Source of the DNA: Squalus acanthias
Lineage: Eukaryota
NCBI GenBank assembly: GCA_030390025.1
Contig: CM059431.1
Coordinates: 120,282,001-120,346,000, forward strand
Reading direction: 5' to 3'
Length of the DNA: 64,000 nucleotides
The notes beneath the pieces were generated by a model. It saw nothing but the letters and a program-made list of their open reading frames with translations. It was not told the DNA's origin and did not search any database. The translations under genes were made by a program, and so were the position numbers. Shown in pieces: positions 51,856-64,000 of this stretch. The stretch's first letter is position 1. The number at the start of each line of letters is the position of its first letter.

Positions 51856-52841
51856 AAAAGTGAAATTTGTCTTAGGCAGTCGCGCAAAGCAGGCAACAGC
51901 AAATCAGCCTGTTTTACATTCTGACTGATTTTGCTTTCCATTAATGGAAAAGAAAATTGGTCGGCGTGTAAAACAGGCATTCAGGTTTGGGGTGATAAGT
52001 GGCAGGTAGCATTCGCACCACACAAGTGCCAGGCAATGACTATCTCCAACAAACGAGAGTCTAACCACCACCCCTTGACATTCAACAGCATTACCATCGC
52101 CAAATTCCCCACCATCAACATCCTGGGGGTAACCATTGACCAGAAACTTAAAGGGACCAGCCACATAAATACTGTGGCAACAAGAGCAGGTCAGAGGCAG
52201 GGTATTCTGCGGCGAGTGTCTCACCTTCTGACTCCCCAAAGTCTTTCTACCATCTACAAGACACAAGTAAGGAGTGTGATGGAATACTCTCCACTTGCCT
52301 GGATGAGTGCAGCTCCAACAACACTCAAGAAGCTCGACACCATCCAGGACAAAGCAGCCCACTTGATTGGCACCCCATCCACCACCTTAAACATTCAATT
52401 CTCTACCACCGGCCTACCATGGCAGCAGTGTATACCATCAACAAGTTGCACTGCAGCAACTCGCCAAGGCTTCTTCAGCTGCACCTCCCAAACCCGCAAC
52501 CTCTTCCATCTAGAAGGACAAGGGCAGCAGGCGCATGGGAACACCACCACCTCCAAGTTCCCCTCCAAGTCACAAACCATCCTGACTTAGAAGTATATCG
52601 CCGATCCTTCACCATCGCTGGGTCAAAATCCTGGAACTCCCTCCCTAACAGCACTGTGGGAGTACCTTCACCACACGGACAGCAGCGGTTCAAGAAGGCG
52701 GCTCACCACCACCTTCTCAAGGGCAACTAGGGATGGGCAATAAATGCTGGCCTTGCCAGCGACGCCCACATCCCATAAACGAATAAAAAAAAATTCACTA
52801 TTGCTCGTTTCACACTACGGCCCAAGGCAAATTTCACCTCC
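51856..52841. mobile_element. Small MITE split by LINE-A
   Basis: Left GTGAAATTTGTCTTAGGCAGT matches rc of right end GTGAAATTTGCCTTGGGCCGT. Confidence 0.6.
51978..52793 (+). mobile_element. LINE-A 3' fragment
   Basis: WGDKWQVAFAPHKCQAM..RSVMEYSPLAW. Same 3' end and A tail as 1-1875. Confidence 0.92.
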
Positions 52842-53078
52842 ACTGCTGGCATAGATTAGAGGTAGCTTTACTTTACATCTGGCTGTCCTATACCCAGTCT
52901 GGGATTGTTTTAAGCTAGCAGTGGATGACAAGCATGGGAAATGTTTTTCCATTTTCCAGCACTGACATCCATTACCGTGATAAGCATGAAAAGTCACCTA
53001 TACACTTAAAGTTATATACAAACAGAAAATGCTGGAAATACTCAGCAGGTCAGGTAGCATCTGTGGAGAGAGAAACAG

Positions 53079-53115
53079 AGTTAACGTTTCAGGTTTACGA
53101 CCTTTCATCAGAACT
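53079..53115 (-). ncRNA. Minimal type I hammerhead ribozyme motif (Penelope pLTR)
   Basis: AGUU-CUGAUGA-A-AGGU-cguaa-ACCU-GAAAC-GUU^-AACU: intact core, stem I AGUU/AACU, stem II and loopless palindromic stem III. Confidence 0.75.
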
Positions 53116-53876
53116 GGAAAGAGTTAGAGATGTAACAGATTTTAAGCAGGTGCAGAGGCAAAGAAAGGGGGGAGGGGAAGAAAGGACAAAATGGAAGGTC
53201 TGTGATAGGGCGGAAGGCAGGAAAGATTAAATGACAAAAGGTATGATTGTACAAAGCAAATGAAGATGGTAATAGGACAAGTAAACACTCCTTCTAGGTG
53301 AAACAGCGATTTACTTGTATTTCTTGCAATTTAGTATACTGTATTCGCAGCTCACGATGAGCTCTCCTCTACACTGGGGAGACTAAACGCAGATTGGGTG
53401 ACCACTTTGCGGAACACCTCCATTCAGTCCGTAAGCGTGACCCCGAGCTTCCGGTCACCTGTCACTTTAATTCTCCGCTCCACTCCACTCTGACCTCTCT
53501 GTCCTCGGCCTCTTACACTGTTCCAATGAAGCTCAACGTAAGCTCAAGGAACAGCAGCTCATCTTTCGATTAGGCACTTACAGCCTTCTGGACTCAACAT
53601 CGAGTCAAAAATTTCAGACCATAACCTCGGCCCCTATCTTTTCACATGGCAGCTCTTAATGTTTCTGCCATTCCCATTTACACCTTATCTAGATTCATCT
53701 TTTGTTTCTTTACTTGTCCCATTACCATCTCCTTTTGCTTTGTACAGTCATACCTTTTGTCATTTAATCTCTCCTGCCTTCACCCTATCACAGACCTTCC
53801 CTTTTGTTCGTTGCTCCCCTCCCCCTTTCCCTGCCTCTGCACCTACTTAAAATCTGTTACTTCTCTAACTCTTTCC

Positions 53877-53909
53877 AGTTCTGATGAAAGGTCATCGACC
53901 TGAAGCGTT
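53877..53909 (+). ncRNA. Second hammerhead motif, inactivated
   Basis: AGTT-CTGATGA-A-AGGTC-atc-GACCT-GAAGC-GTT. GAAA is mutated to GAAG and the 3' arm is displaced by the insertion at 53910. Confidence 0.65.
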
Positions 53910-56900
53910 GGGCTCGATTTTCATAGGGCCGTTGAGGCGGGATTGGAGGCGTGTGGGGGGTTAAAATTGGAAAAAATGGCAAGCGAGCTCGATCCTGCAC
54001 CCATCCCACCTCCGCCGAATTTTCCCAGGTGCGCGTTTTCAGATCCATTTCCCGACCCGCCTCCAAGAGGCGGGATAGGCCCTTAAGGCCATTGACAAGC
54101 TCCTAATTGGCTCCATAATGCCATTTTCACAGGCCTTTCAGATTTTTACCGGTTTTCCACGTGATGCACGCCTCCTCTGGAACACGACGGTGAAACCTGG
54201 CGGGTACACATTTGGCTTGCTGGCTTTCAGCTGCAGCTCCACCATTAAAGATTAGTTTGGAGCAATCATCATTTGCAGGTGGCAGAACTTAGTTGTTTCA
54301 GGTCTGGAGAAACTTTAGCAGGCCTACTCATTGTTGTGGAAGTTTGGAGCCTGACACCCATCTCCAGTGTGAGCTCCTGGAAAACCCCTCACCCCACCCT
54401 GACTCAGCGCTTCCTCAACTGAGGCATCTATCAGAAGAATGGGAACCATTCGGTTCCTTTCCCCCTGGACATCAGATGAGGACGAGGAGGAGGAGAGAGA
54501 AAACGAATATCTGGCAGAGGCGCATCAACCAGCGGCGGCAATACGCGAGACCATTGCTGGCCGTGACGCAAGGAACGCACTCATCTTGGCCAGATTTGCC
54601 GAGCCTAGCCAAGCAACCACTTGTGCCTCGCAGCTTCTTGCCACAGCATTGTTAATGGCCAGGACCCATCGTCTTCCTAGCACTCTGACCATCATTCTGA
54701 CAACTGCTACTCCTCGCAAGCCCTCAATGTGAAAGTCCCAATAGCGAGATGACACAGGCCACAACTGCAGCAGTAGCCATCAGATTTTTTTTATTTACAG
54801 GAAGCTACTGATGGCTTATCACAATTAAACATAACATTTCACCCAAGTGACAAACCTGGTGACTATTTGTGCAGTTTCTTTCTCTTACGCGTGCTTCTAC
54901 GTGGTGGTTCCCCCTTGGCATCAGCAGATGTGGAGGCCCCTTGCTCACTCTGTTGCTGCTCCTGTCTCAACACCTTGGGCGGGCATCCTCTGGGGTGCCG
55001 AGCCTGTGAGGGCTCGCCAACAGTCTGCTGCTCCTACGGCTGTGCAAGGGTTGAGACACCGATCTCAGTTGGGTGTGGACTCTGGTGGGGTTCTGACTGA
55101 GGACTTGTCAGTGGCATGGAAGTGTGAGCGCTTGGAGAGGAGCCCCCACTTCCTTGTTCTCTGCCACCGTCATCCCTCTCATGGGTCAGGCCCACCTCAG
55201 CGCTTGCAAGTGGCTTGAGAGCACCTTGCTGCACATCAGGGGGGCCATGGGGACCCGTATCTGCACGGGAAGTCCTACTCAGAAGGACTTCCATGAAGGT
55301 CTGGTTTCTCTGTTCAATAGATGTCCATTGCTCCTCCAGAGATGTCATTCTATTCAAAGCACTCACCATGTTTTCTGCACTCTGGCGACTTATCACCTCC
55401 ATGGAGGTTGCCATCCTTTCCATGGTGATGCGTTCATGCGCCAATGACTCCACAAAGGCTCTGCTCATGTTCGCAATGGACTCCTCCATTCGCTCCACAC
55501 TCGCAGCGACCCTGGAGACAAAACCTGCCAGAGACTCCTGCATCTGTTCCTGGAGTTCCAGCACCGCTGTTCTTCTGGATGGACCTAGAGGCAAAGGGAA
55601 GACATGCAGCTGAGCCGAGCTGGGAGAGTCCTGCGCCCTCTGACGAGGACTCTCCACTGCTTTCCCTGCCTCCACCATCTGCTGAGGCTCACTTGTGAGC
55701 TGTGATACACCAGCTGACAACACTACACTATCTCGCGAGGGTACCACCGAGGTGTGAGTCTCTGCGCTGGTGCTGGCCTGGCTGAATTGTGCTGACGCTG
55801 CGCCCTCAGAGGTTTCAGCTTCCTCTGAGGAGTCTTGAGCCTCAGGCTGTTACTCCTGGATGGTGGGGATGGGTGCTTGCGAAGGTCCTGTGGGGGAGTA
55901 AAGGAAAAAGTCAGAGATGTGAGGCCAAGGTGACATGCACAGTGCATATTGCAGATAGGTCCAACTGTTAGAGCTTCAGAATCATTATCAGCAACTCATG
56001 CAATGTCAATGAGAGAGATGAACAACTATTCTGTCACCGGCTTGCTCTGCTGCGCCCGTCTGCCCGTCCCCCACTTGCGCATCATCATCGAGTCCCACGA
56101 TCTCCAGGTCCGCCTCCTCCCAGGGGGTGAGCTGGGCTACTGAGGGAGGCCCTCCTCCTGTCCTTGCTCTTTCGCGCTTATTGTGAGCTCTCTTTTCCTG
56201 CAATGAGGGAGACAAGTGGAGTTTGAGTGAGAATGAAGGAGAGAGTTTATCGAATCCATCTCATAGATGCTTATAAGGAGGCAAAGATGGAGTGAGGTGG
56301 CAAGACCAAGGGCCCATCCTGTGTGTTGTAAGTTGTTTGCATAGCATGACAGTGATAGGGAGTGTGAGGGCTGCATAGTGGAATAGTTAGGCGAATGTGA
56401 CCATAGCGAGAGAGGGAATGGGTAAGGGTGCAGGGATGTCAGTGTCAAGTGCGATGTGGAGGAAGAGGTTGCTAAAGCTGAGTGCTGGTGAGGAGAGGCA
56501 AAGGGCATCAGATTGAGGGTGATGGGAAAGTCATACTCACTTTTCCAGTGCGCACAAGGTCATGAAATCTTTTGCGGCATTGAATCCAAGATCTGTTGAT
56601 CAAGGATAGAGAAGTCACCTCCTGGGCCACCTGGAGCCACACAGCCTTTGTTTGCTGAGGAGGCTTCTTTCTCCCTGAAGACGGGAAGAGCACCATCTTA
56701 TGAGCTGTTGCTCCATCTACCAGGGCTTGCAGGGTGGCGTCCTCGAATCTTGGAGCAGACTTGGGTTTGTTGGTACACATGATGCTTCCAGGTCAATGTA
56801 GGAACAATGGCCAGAAGGTTGGCAGTCTGCAAAGGAAGCAAGGCCTCTTGCAGACCTTAAAAGCAGCAGCAATGATGACGTCATCAGAGGCGACTTTCAG

Positions 56901-57060
56901 ACTGGAAAAGTTAATTGGGCCAGGGGTTCCCACACACTGGAACTCAATGGCCCAATCAGGGGAAAATCGCGTTTGTTACACACATCTCATGAGAGTCGTG
57001 TGGATAACACGGAATTCAGATAACACGACCCCAACCCGCCCCAGTATCAAAATCCAGCCC
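53910..57060. mobile_element. Non-autonomous Harbinger derivative (only transposase C-terminal tail left; Myb gene retained)
   Basis: TIR GGGCTCGATTTT / rc GGGCTGGATTTT. Acidic tail SDEDEEEE..GRDARNALILARF at about 54470-54600. Confidence 0.88.
54863..56780 (-). pseudogene. Harbinger Myb/SANT-like gene, 3 exons, 474 codons, two nonsense codons, no frameshift
   Basis: Exons 56780-56541, 56197-56038 and 55887-54863 with GT-AG introns splice in frame. N-terminal APRF..L..LF..W..VA..RSWIQCRKRFHDL, C-terminal RRSTRKRKK. Stops at 55852-55850 and 55036-55034. Confidence 0.88.
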
Positions 57061-58597
57061 TTTGTTTTTCTCTCCACAGAAGCTGCCTGGCCTGCTGAGT
57101 ATTTCCAGCATTTTCTGTTTCTATTTCAGATTTCCAGCATCCGCAGTATTTTGCTTTTGACTTCAAGTTATATGTTTTTTCATTAACTGATTTTACATAT
57201 TTTTATGGTTAAGTACTCTTAAGATCATTATATATTGATAAAGTCCAAAATACTTTGCAGCAAAAAATGTTACCATGCCAACATCTAACATACTGAGTTA
57301 TTAACTGGGGTAAATCCACAAATATTGTTTTTATGCACTGAGGATTAAACTGTATTCATTCTGTCCACGTTTCCTCCATTCATCTAAAATATGGATGCAG
57401 ACTAGGAGTGCACTTAAAAACTTACAGATAACTCAAACATACTAGACATATTCTTGCCACCAATAGTGTCATGTACTATGGAATATGTCTCAGCCAATAA
57501 CCTTGTGTGGTCTGTTAATTAAATGCATATTTGGTGAAAGCGTGCCAGGCTCTAGTCTGTCTAAGGTTGTTTTGTTTTTGCCGCAGCCATAACCTCTGAT
57601 AAATAAGACTTTTTATTACTGCGTCCAATCTGTTTGTATTTATTCGCAGGGAAAGTAAGCAAGCTTCCTGTACTGTTTCTGGGGTTGGCTTTTGACTGGA
57701 AAGAAAAATATGAATATGCTTCTATTTGACTAGTTGCTCACAACAAAAAGCAGGCTTGGAATACAAACTCCGATGGAAATATGCTTATCTTGTGATCAAG
57801 CAAACAGCTGGAGAATTATATGAGCTAAAAAGATTTATTCCGCAGAAAGTGGAAGTGAAATATTACTTAAGGCACTTTATCTTTTTGGAAAATTGTGAAT
57901 GATTTATGCTAGCATTGAACAGCTTGCAGATAGAAGAGGCATGGGTGTATCTATATTAGTGGCACCATTGTTGGATGTTGTGACACATCTTTGTTCCCAA
58001 AGGTTTTAGCAGAAAGATAATTGTGCATTCAGAGCGTATGAATCATACAGTGCATCACTAAGCTATTCCAATAGCAAACAAAAGTGCATGTCAACCTTTT
58101 CATTTTAAAAAAGAGGGAGAAAGTGTGACGTGATACACCGACTCCATCAATTACAATTACGACGGTGACAAAAAAATCGCTAATGCATTTCAGTCTCAAG
58201 TTCTGATCTCCTTAAAAGGCAACAACCAAAAGACACGAACCATTCCCAGTAATAATTTTAAATTCACCTTTCTGCTTAAAGAGACAATTTGAAGTGTTTA
58301 AAGTTATTGTAAATTGGGATGATGCCGTCTGTATGAAAGATGACCTTAGGACTTAGCCCATATAATTGAAGAAATCGTGCAATCAAATTTGAAGGTTGGA
58401 ACTTTGGGGTCAGGAAGCAGTCAATCTGAGAACACCAATAGACGCAGAAGTATTTTCTCCAGTACACCATGAATCTGCACTTTGCACTATGATTCTATAA
58501 TTCTATGTTTCTAGTTGCCATTAGAGTAATACACCACCACACTGGAAGGGACTGAATGAAAACAATCCAAAAGGATTCAGTCGTCAACAGAAATTTT

Positions 58598-61041
58598 GGC
58601 CCCAGTTTTAACACCTCTTCCCCCAACATCGGCTGGGAAAGGGATGAGGGATGGGTTTAAAATGGGTTAAGTGTACATACTGGTTCCAAGTCACTTAGTT
58701 CCCATTCGGCGGTATTTTAATGTCGGCGAGGTTCTTCTGGGCCTTGGCTCTCATTGCAGGCAGGCGGGAGCCTCACGAATACTATGTAAATCTGGTTCTT
58801 GTGATGCAAGTAGGAGCCTTGCACTAGCAGTCCTGCCACCATCAGTCACTAATTCCTTAATAATGATTTTTTTAATCTTAATACTGGCAAGGCAGACTCA
58901 TAAGTTGCTCTGCAAACACTGTGCAGACCAAAGTAGCAAAAGTAGCATTCCAAAACACACTTTATCATTAATAAAATCCCCAAGTGTCAGCCCGCAGTGC
59001 TCTTTTTAGCAGAAGTTGCGAAGTGCAACCCCAGTGGTGGGCTGCCATGGATCATGTTGGGACGCTTGAGGTGCTCGTGGCTGCTGACCTCTGAGTGTTC
59101 GTGCACGTGAAGCTCCAGCTACCGACTGCTGCTCCCCGGCTTCTGCTGAGGCAGTCTGGCCCAGCTGCCTTCTGGGAACCATGTTGGGTATTGGTTGCGA
59201 GGGTGACAAAGGAGCAGACATGTTGACATTCTCAAAGAGGGCAGCGATCATTCTTGGTAATGAGAAGTACCTAGAGTGAAGAAGAAAGGGAGAAGATTCA
59301 AGATGGAAATGAAAAGCTGGATAGGCATCCATGAAAGATTGACTAACTGTTTGAGGTCTTGAAGTTAGCTGAAGGTGCAGCTTGCCTGTGGTAGATGAAA
59401 CGGTACAATTGAGAAATAGTCATCCTGCTCAGCAGAGCCACTATAATTGCCATCTCACAACAACAACTTGCATTTATATAGCTCCTTTAACATAGTAAAA
59501 TGTCCCAAGGCACTTTAAAGGAGCATTATCAAACAAAATTTGACACTGAGCCACATAAGGAGATATTAATACAGGTGACCAAAAGTGAGGTCAAAGAGGT
59601 AGGTTTTAAGGAGTGTCTTAAAGGAGGAGGGAGAGGTAGAGAGGCGGAAAGGTTTAGGGAGGGAATTCCAGAGCTTAGGGCCCAGGCAGCTATAGGCATG
59701 GCCATCAATGGTGGAGTGATTAAAATTGGGGATGCACAAGAGACCAGAATTGGAGGAGCACGGAGATCTTCGAGGGTTGTAGGGCTGCAGGAGGTTACAG
59801 AGGTAGGGAGAGGTGAAGCCATGGAGGGATTTGAAAACAAGAATGAGAATTTAAAATCAAGACCGGACTGGGAGTCAATGTAGGTCAGTGAGCACTGAGG
59901 TGATGGGTGAACGGGACTTGGTGCGAGTTAATATATGGGCAGCAGAGTTTTTGATGAGTTCAAGTTTATGGAAGGTAGAAGATGGGGGGCGGGTCATTTC
60001 CAATGGTGGCAATGTTGCATGCCCCACTAATTTCCTTTGCTTCTTCTTCTGCCTGAGTAATGTTCGTCCACCGGTTCTGGCCCTCTCCCTATTATTGCAC
60101 ACTCTCTTCTCCTGCAAAAGGGGAAGGAGAGAGTTATGAGTGCTTTACGAGATGTGTGGTGCTTCTGGATGTAGTGCTTAAGCTGAGAGGGGAAAGAAGG
60201 AAGATGGTATATGAGTGGGGATATCATGAGTGTGCAGTAAATGGTTTGAGTGTGAAGTGAGAAGGAGTGATGAGAGGAGATGCAGGTTGAGCAATTGAGA
60301 ACAGATGAGAAGAGGATGTGAGTGGCAGCAATGAAAGGAAGAGCAGGATGTAAGTGTGTTTAGGAGTGAGGATGAGAGGTGGTAAAGTGTGCCCTTGAAT
60401 GGTGGTGAGGGAAGTGATGCAGGGCTGGGGATTGATGTGAATGGCGAAGGAGGGAGGAGAGGGAGTGTGAGCAGGTGCACGTCAAGAGATGGGTAAAGCA
60501 GGAGCTGTACTCACCTTTCCTGACCTAGTGAGCTCATTAAATCTTTTCCAGCATTGGAACCAAGTCCTCTGGGTGATGCTCCTGCTGCTCACTTCTTGCA
60601 CCACCGCCAGCCATGCTTTCTTGGTGAGAGTACAGAGCTTCCTCCCACTTCTGGGAATAGGACATCCCTCTTGAACATCACGGCTGACAACGGCACCTCC
60701 ATGGAGTCATCTGAGAACCTGGGGGTCACCTTCCCTCTCTTGGCAGCCATCCTGAAACTTCCTTGCAGCAACTTCCACCAATATTCCCCTTCAGTGATTG
60801 CAGCCTCCCTTTAAGAGATACATTCAGACTTTAAATACTGGCCGGGACTCCCACTGGAAATTGCATAGTGTGGGTCGGTGGCCTGCAGCTGATGCAATAG
60901 TGTAGTCTGCCCGCCAATCATATGGAAATGAGGCGCGGCAGTTAAAATTGGCTGGGCCTCATCATCACTCTTGCTTCTGGGTGTGCCAACCACTTTGGGG
61001 CTTATGCGCCCCATTCCCACCCTCCTGTTAAAATCAGGGCC
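58598..61041. mobile_element. Older Harbinger derivative with Myb remnant and L2 insertion
   Basis: TIR GGCCCCAGTTTTAAC / rc GGCCCTGATTTTAAC. Minus-strand MAAKRGKVTPRFSDDS.. exon with GTGAGT donor at about 60515, and EKRVCNNRERARTGG exon at about 60110. Confidence 0.8.
59457..59985 (-). mobile_element. L2 LINE 3' fragment
   Basis: KLELIKNSAAHILTRTKSRSPITSVLTDLH. (ACA)n tail. Homologous to 19935-20460. Confidence 0.88.
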
Positions 61042-61579
61042 ATGGAAACCCCAAAAATCTAGATTCTAGCTGATGGATTATAGTTTGAATCAGATGGGAC
61101 CTTTTCTCAATAACTCAAGCCCACAGCATTTATTTTTTCTACATAAGATAAACAACTGCAAAACTTATTGATCCATCATGATACAATATCTGTCCTTGTA
61201 TTCTTCCATCGCTATTTCACAGGGTTCCACACACCCTTGTATGAGCCAGCAATATATTATACAGTACTCGCTGCTCATATATGGTCTTTACACCGGGACA
61301 ACGTATCTAGATTACATGCTCGCTAGGCTAAACACTTTTATTCTGTCCACAAGTGCCATTCTGCGGCTCACCACTTTAACTGCTTCTTCCATTCCTACTT
61401 TGATCTCACCATCTTTAACCTCCTCCACTGCTTCAACCAAGCTCAGCACAAGCTTTGGAGCAGTATCTCATCTTACTCCTGGCCACTCTGCAACCTTCTG
61501 CTCTGAACATTGACTTTAGCAACATAAGACCCCAGCTAGCTCCCCCAGAGGGTGAAGCGCGAGCGCAGTAGGCCCATTA

Positions 61580-61775
61580 GTATCTGAGGGAAAGGAAGAT
61601 GGGTTGGCATTTTGGACATTGACGCTTCATAAGAATAACTTCTGATGGGGCGATCTGTACCTGGGAGTCGGCTTCTCTTTTCTCTTTTCGGGCACTGGCA
61701 GGACAGATAAGATGTGTGTCTCTGGCATTATCTGTTTGTGTTTCATATTTCCTGCATTTGCAGTTTTGCCTTTTT
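61580..61775. mobile_element. Highly degenerate Penelope-like terminal remnant
   Basis: GGCATTATCTGTTTGTGTTTCATATTTCCTGCATTTGCAGTTTTGC resembles 57107-57155. Confidence 0.45.
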
Positions 61776-63023
61776 GTGTGCATTTTTACCTACTTACTTA
61801 GCTTTTTTACGCTGCTTTGTTCTTTTAATGGCTTTTCATTGCCTTACTGAAATGATATTTACACATCATCCATCACTTTTCACTTCTTTAGAGCTTTGCA
61901 AAACTCTTGCTCATTTAATCCATTAACTCCTGTCTGCAACAAGAATCAGTGTTCCTGATATTTGACTTTTACATGTTTCTCTTCTCAAAGACACTCAACT
62001 ACAGGGGATCCAACCTTTATAAGTTAAAGGTAACTGCAGACAAGTATCACATGATCAAATGTCACATAATCAAACCTCCAGGAATGTGTCCAACTAAAGT
62101 TGGCAATCCTAGCAGCTGCTCCACTACTGCTCATTTTACGACTTCCACTTAAGATGAACGTTCTGTGCATTCTTTTTGCACAGTACAAGAGGATTTTATT
62201 TTCTCGGCTAACATAACATATGCAGTAATAAAGGCATTCGACTCAAACTGGTACTCATGGTATAACCAGAGGTCCAGACAGAGCTCAATCTGTAGGTAGA
62301 TAGTCATGGCACAATAAAATGGGCATTACTAGTCCAAATAAACCCCTCCTACAATAATCGTATAACCACTTTTAAGGGAGGAATACAGAAGCGTAATTAC
62401 AGCATTAGTCTTGGTGCCTCAGGACAGCATGTGTTATTACAATTACATACAAGGCGTTTCCGCTGTTCAGGATGTATACGATTGCTATTTGCACAATGTC
62501 CCTTTCACCCTGTTCATACAATTACTACTTTCTGCTATCCAGGACATGACATTATAGTAAGTGTTTGTATCAAACTAAAGCTGATTCAAATCCCAGCTCT
62601 TTGGATGACAGATACTCCCCTCAGCATTGCAACCTGTTGCAGACCAGGCAACATATCTTAATTCACATAACACATACTACCAGTTGAGCTAATCTCTACT
62701 ATCAGCTGTTATAGGCTGATAATCATTCTTCTCCATTGTCATCAGTCTTTATTAGTACCTTTTGTTCATAGTTTCACAGTCATACCCCAAACTTATTATA
62801 CACTAATTCTATTCTATGCTCCATCATGCCATACAGCAAATTCTGCTACAATCCATTTCCTCAGTGGTATTAACTGGGTTGGTACAAAATGCCTCAGTTG
62901 ATACGGATTGATGGAATTAATAACCTTTGTTCAATCAGCCCCAAACCTCTGGAATCTTGAAAATTGGTGACCAAAGTAGATGACAAACCTGCTTTACCTC
63001 AACAGGAATAAAATTGCTTGTTA

Positions 63024-63199
63024 ACATAAGAACATAAGTAATAGGAGCAGGAGCAGGACATTTGGCCCTTCGAGCCTGCACCACCATTCAATAAGATCAT
63101 GGCTGATCTTCTACCTCATCTCCACTTTCCTGCACTATCCCCATATCCCTTGATTCCCTTAATATTCAAAAATCTATCGATCTCTGTCTTGAATATACT
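63024..63199 (-). mobile_element. CR1 3' tail fragment
   Basis: Near-identical to 40175-40346. Confidence 0.9.
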
Positions 63200-64000
63200 A
63201 AGATTGTTAGCCAATGATTGGTTGGCTGATTTTGGCCTTTCTGCCCTAATATATATTTTTAATTAAAGTTAAGCCTGAATTTCATTTCAACATTGATTTT
63301 AATGATCCAAAGCCAAGACCATAAAAAATAATATTACTGCATATGAGACAAAAGAGATTGTAATATATGTGGGTAGAACAAATGAAAGACAGAGACAGGA
63401 TAAGTTGCTTGTCCATGTGCTTGTTTTATTAGGCCAGAGCGTACTGAGCATGCTCATACCAAACCATGTGACAAACCATGTGATAATACATTACAGAAAT
63501 GAAATAAACAATATGACTGATATGTTTCATAGATCTTAAACATTTTCTTTTACGAAACACACTTGTGCCTAGAAATTGGAGGTGTTAGCACTGGTCAGTA
63601 AGGCCCGTTTTAATGAAAAAAATGGCGGCCGCCTGACTTCCGCCTGCTCCCAGTGAGTCCCGCGGCGGCCACCATTTTCAGCAAGTCGGCAGCGCTGCCA
63701 TTACCTGCGCTCGCGGCAAGTATTTTAATTAGCAGGAGCAGTGCAACGGCGAATTGACGCAAGCTCATCCATTTTGGAGCTCGCCACTCCTCTTACCGCT
63801 CTCTCCAAAGCACACTTGTGCGTGCAGCCATTGACAGCATTGGAGAAACGGGAGAAAGCAGCAGTGAGCTAGAACCCATACAGTAAACAACTGCTGCGAT
63901 AACTGTTCATTATGGAGAGCTCAGAATATGTCATTAGAGTGAAAACTGCTTCCAATTAGATGCATCAAATCTCCCCCCTGGTCAGTCAAACATTATAGGA

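Larger units (their letters stand above)
53018..57159 (+). mobile_element. Penelope-like element, 5'-truncated, with inverted pseudo-LTR; split by a Harbinger derivative
   Basis: GIY-YIG peptide FTCISCNLVYCI..LYTGETKRRLGDHFAEHL at about 53300-53620. 53018-53286 is the reverse complement of the 3' region. 14-bp TSD ACTT(A/C)AAGTTATAT at 53004-53017 and 57160-57173. Confidence 0.9.

Noticed and set aside
58262..58480. Possible minus-strand exon ending at AAG|GTGAAT
   Set aside because: All three frames hit a stop before the donor and no peptide is recognisable.
61595..61640. Third hammerhead in the old Penelope remnant
   Set aside because: Both core boxes are mutated (CTTATGA, AAAATG on minus); at best a dead relic.

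Overview
Eukaryotic, transposon-rich vertebrate DNA. The repeat families suggest a cartilaginous fish or shark genome (inference only). I found no convincing host protein-coding exon, rRNA, tRNA gene or CRISPR array. The long ORFs I could assign are transposon relics. Contents: (i) CR1 LINEs with TTCTATG-type tails, including a near full-length copy with tandem 69-bp 5' monomers and a deleted ORF1; (ii) a second CR1/Jockey-group LINE with an A tail, and L2 LINE 3' ends; (iii) an LF-SINE-like and a Deu-domain SINE; (iv) two solo LTRs with 4-bp TSDs; (v) a Penelope-like element with GIY-YIG domain, inverted pseudo-LTR, 14-bp TSD and two minimal hammerhead ribozyme motifs; (vi) four PIF/Harbinger-type elements that all keep a spliced Myb/SANT-like gene while only one keeps the DDE transposase; (vii) many GG-terminated MITEs with 3-bp TSDs that carry covarying hairpins and clusters of splice-site motifs. 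Elements nest up to three levels deep. The most interesting system is this Harbinger/Myb-only/structured-MITE set, followed by the ribozyme-bearing Penelope element. Family names come from motif recognition, not database searches.
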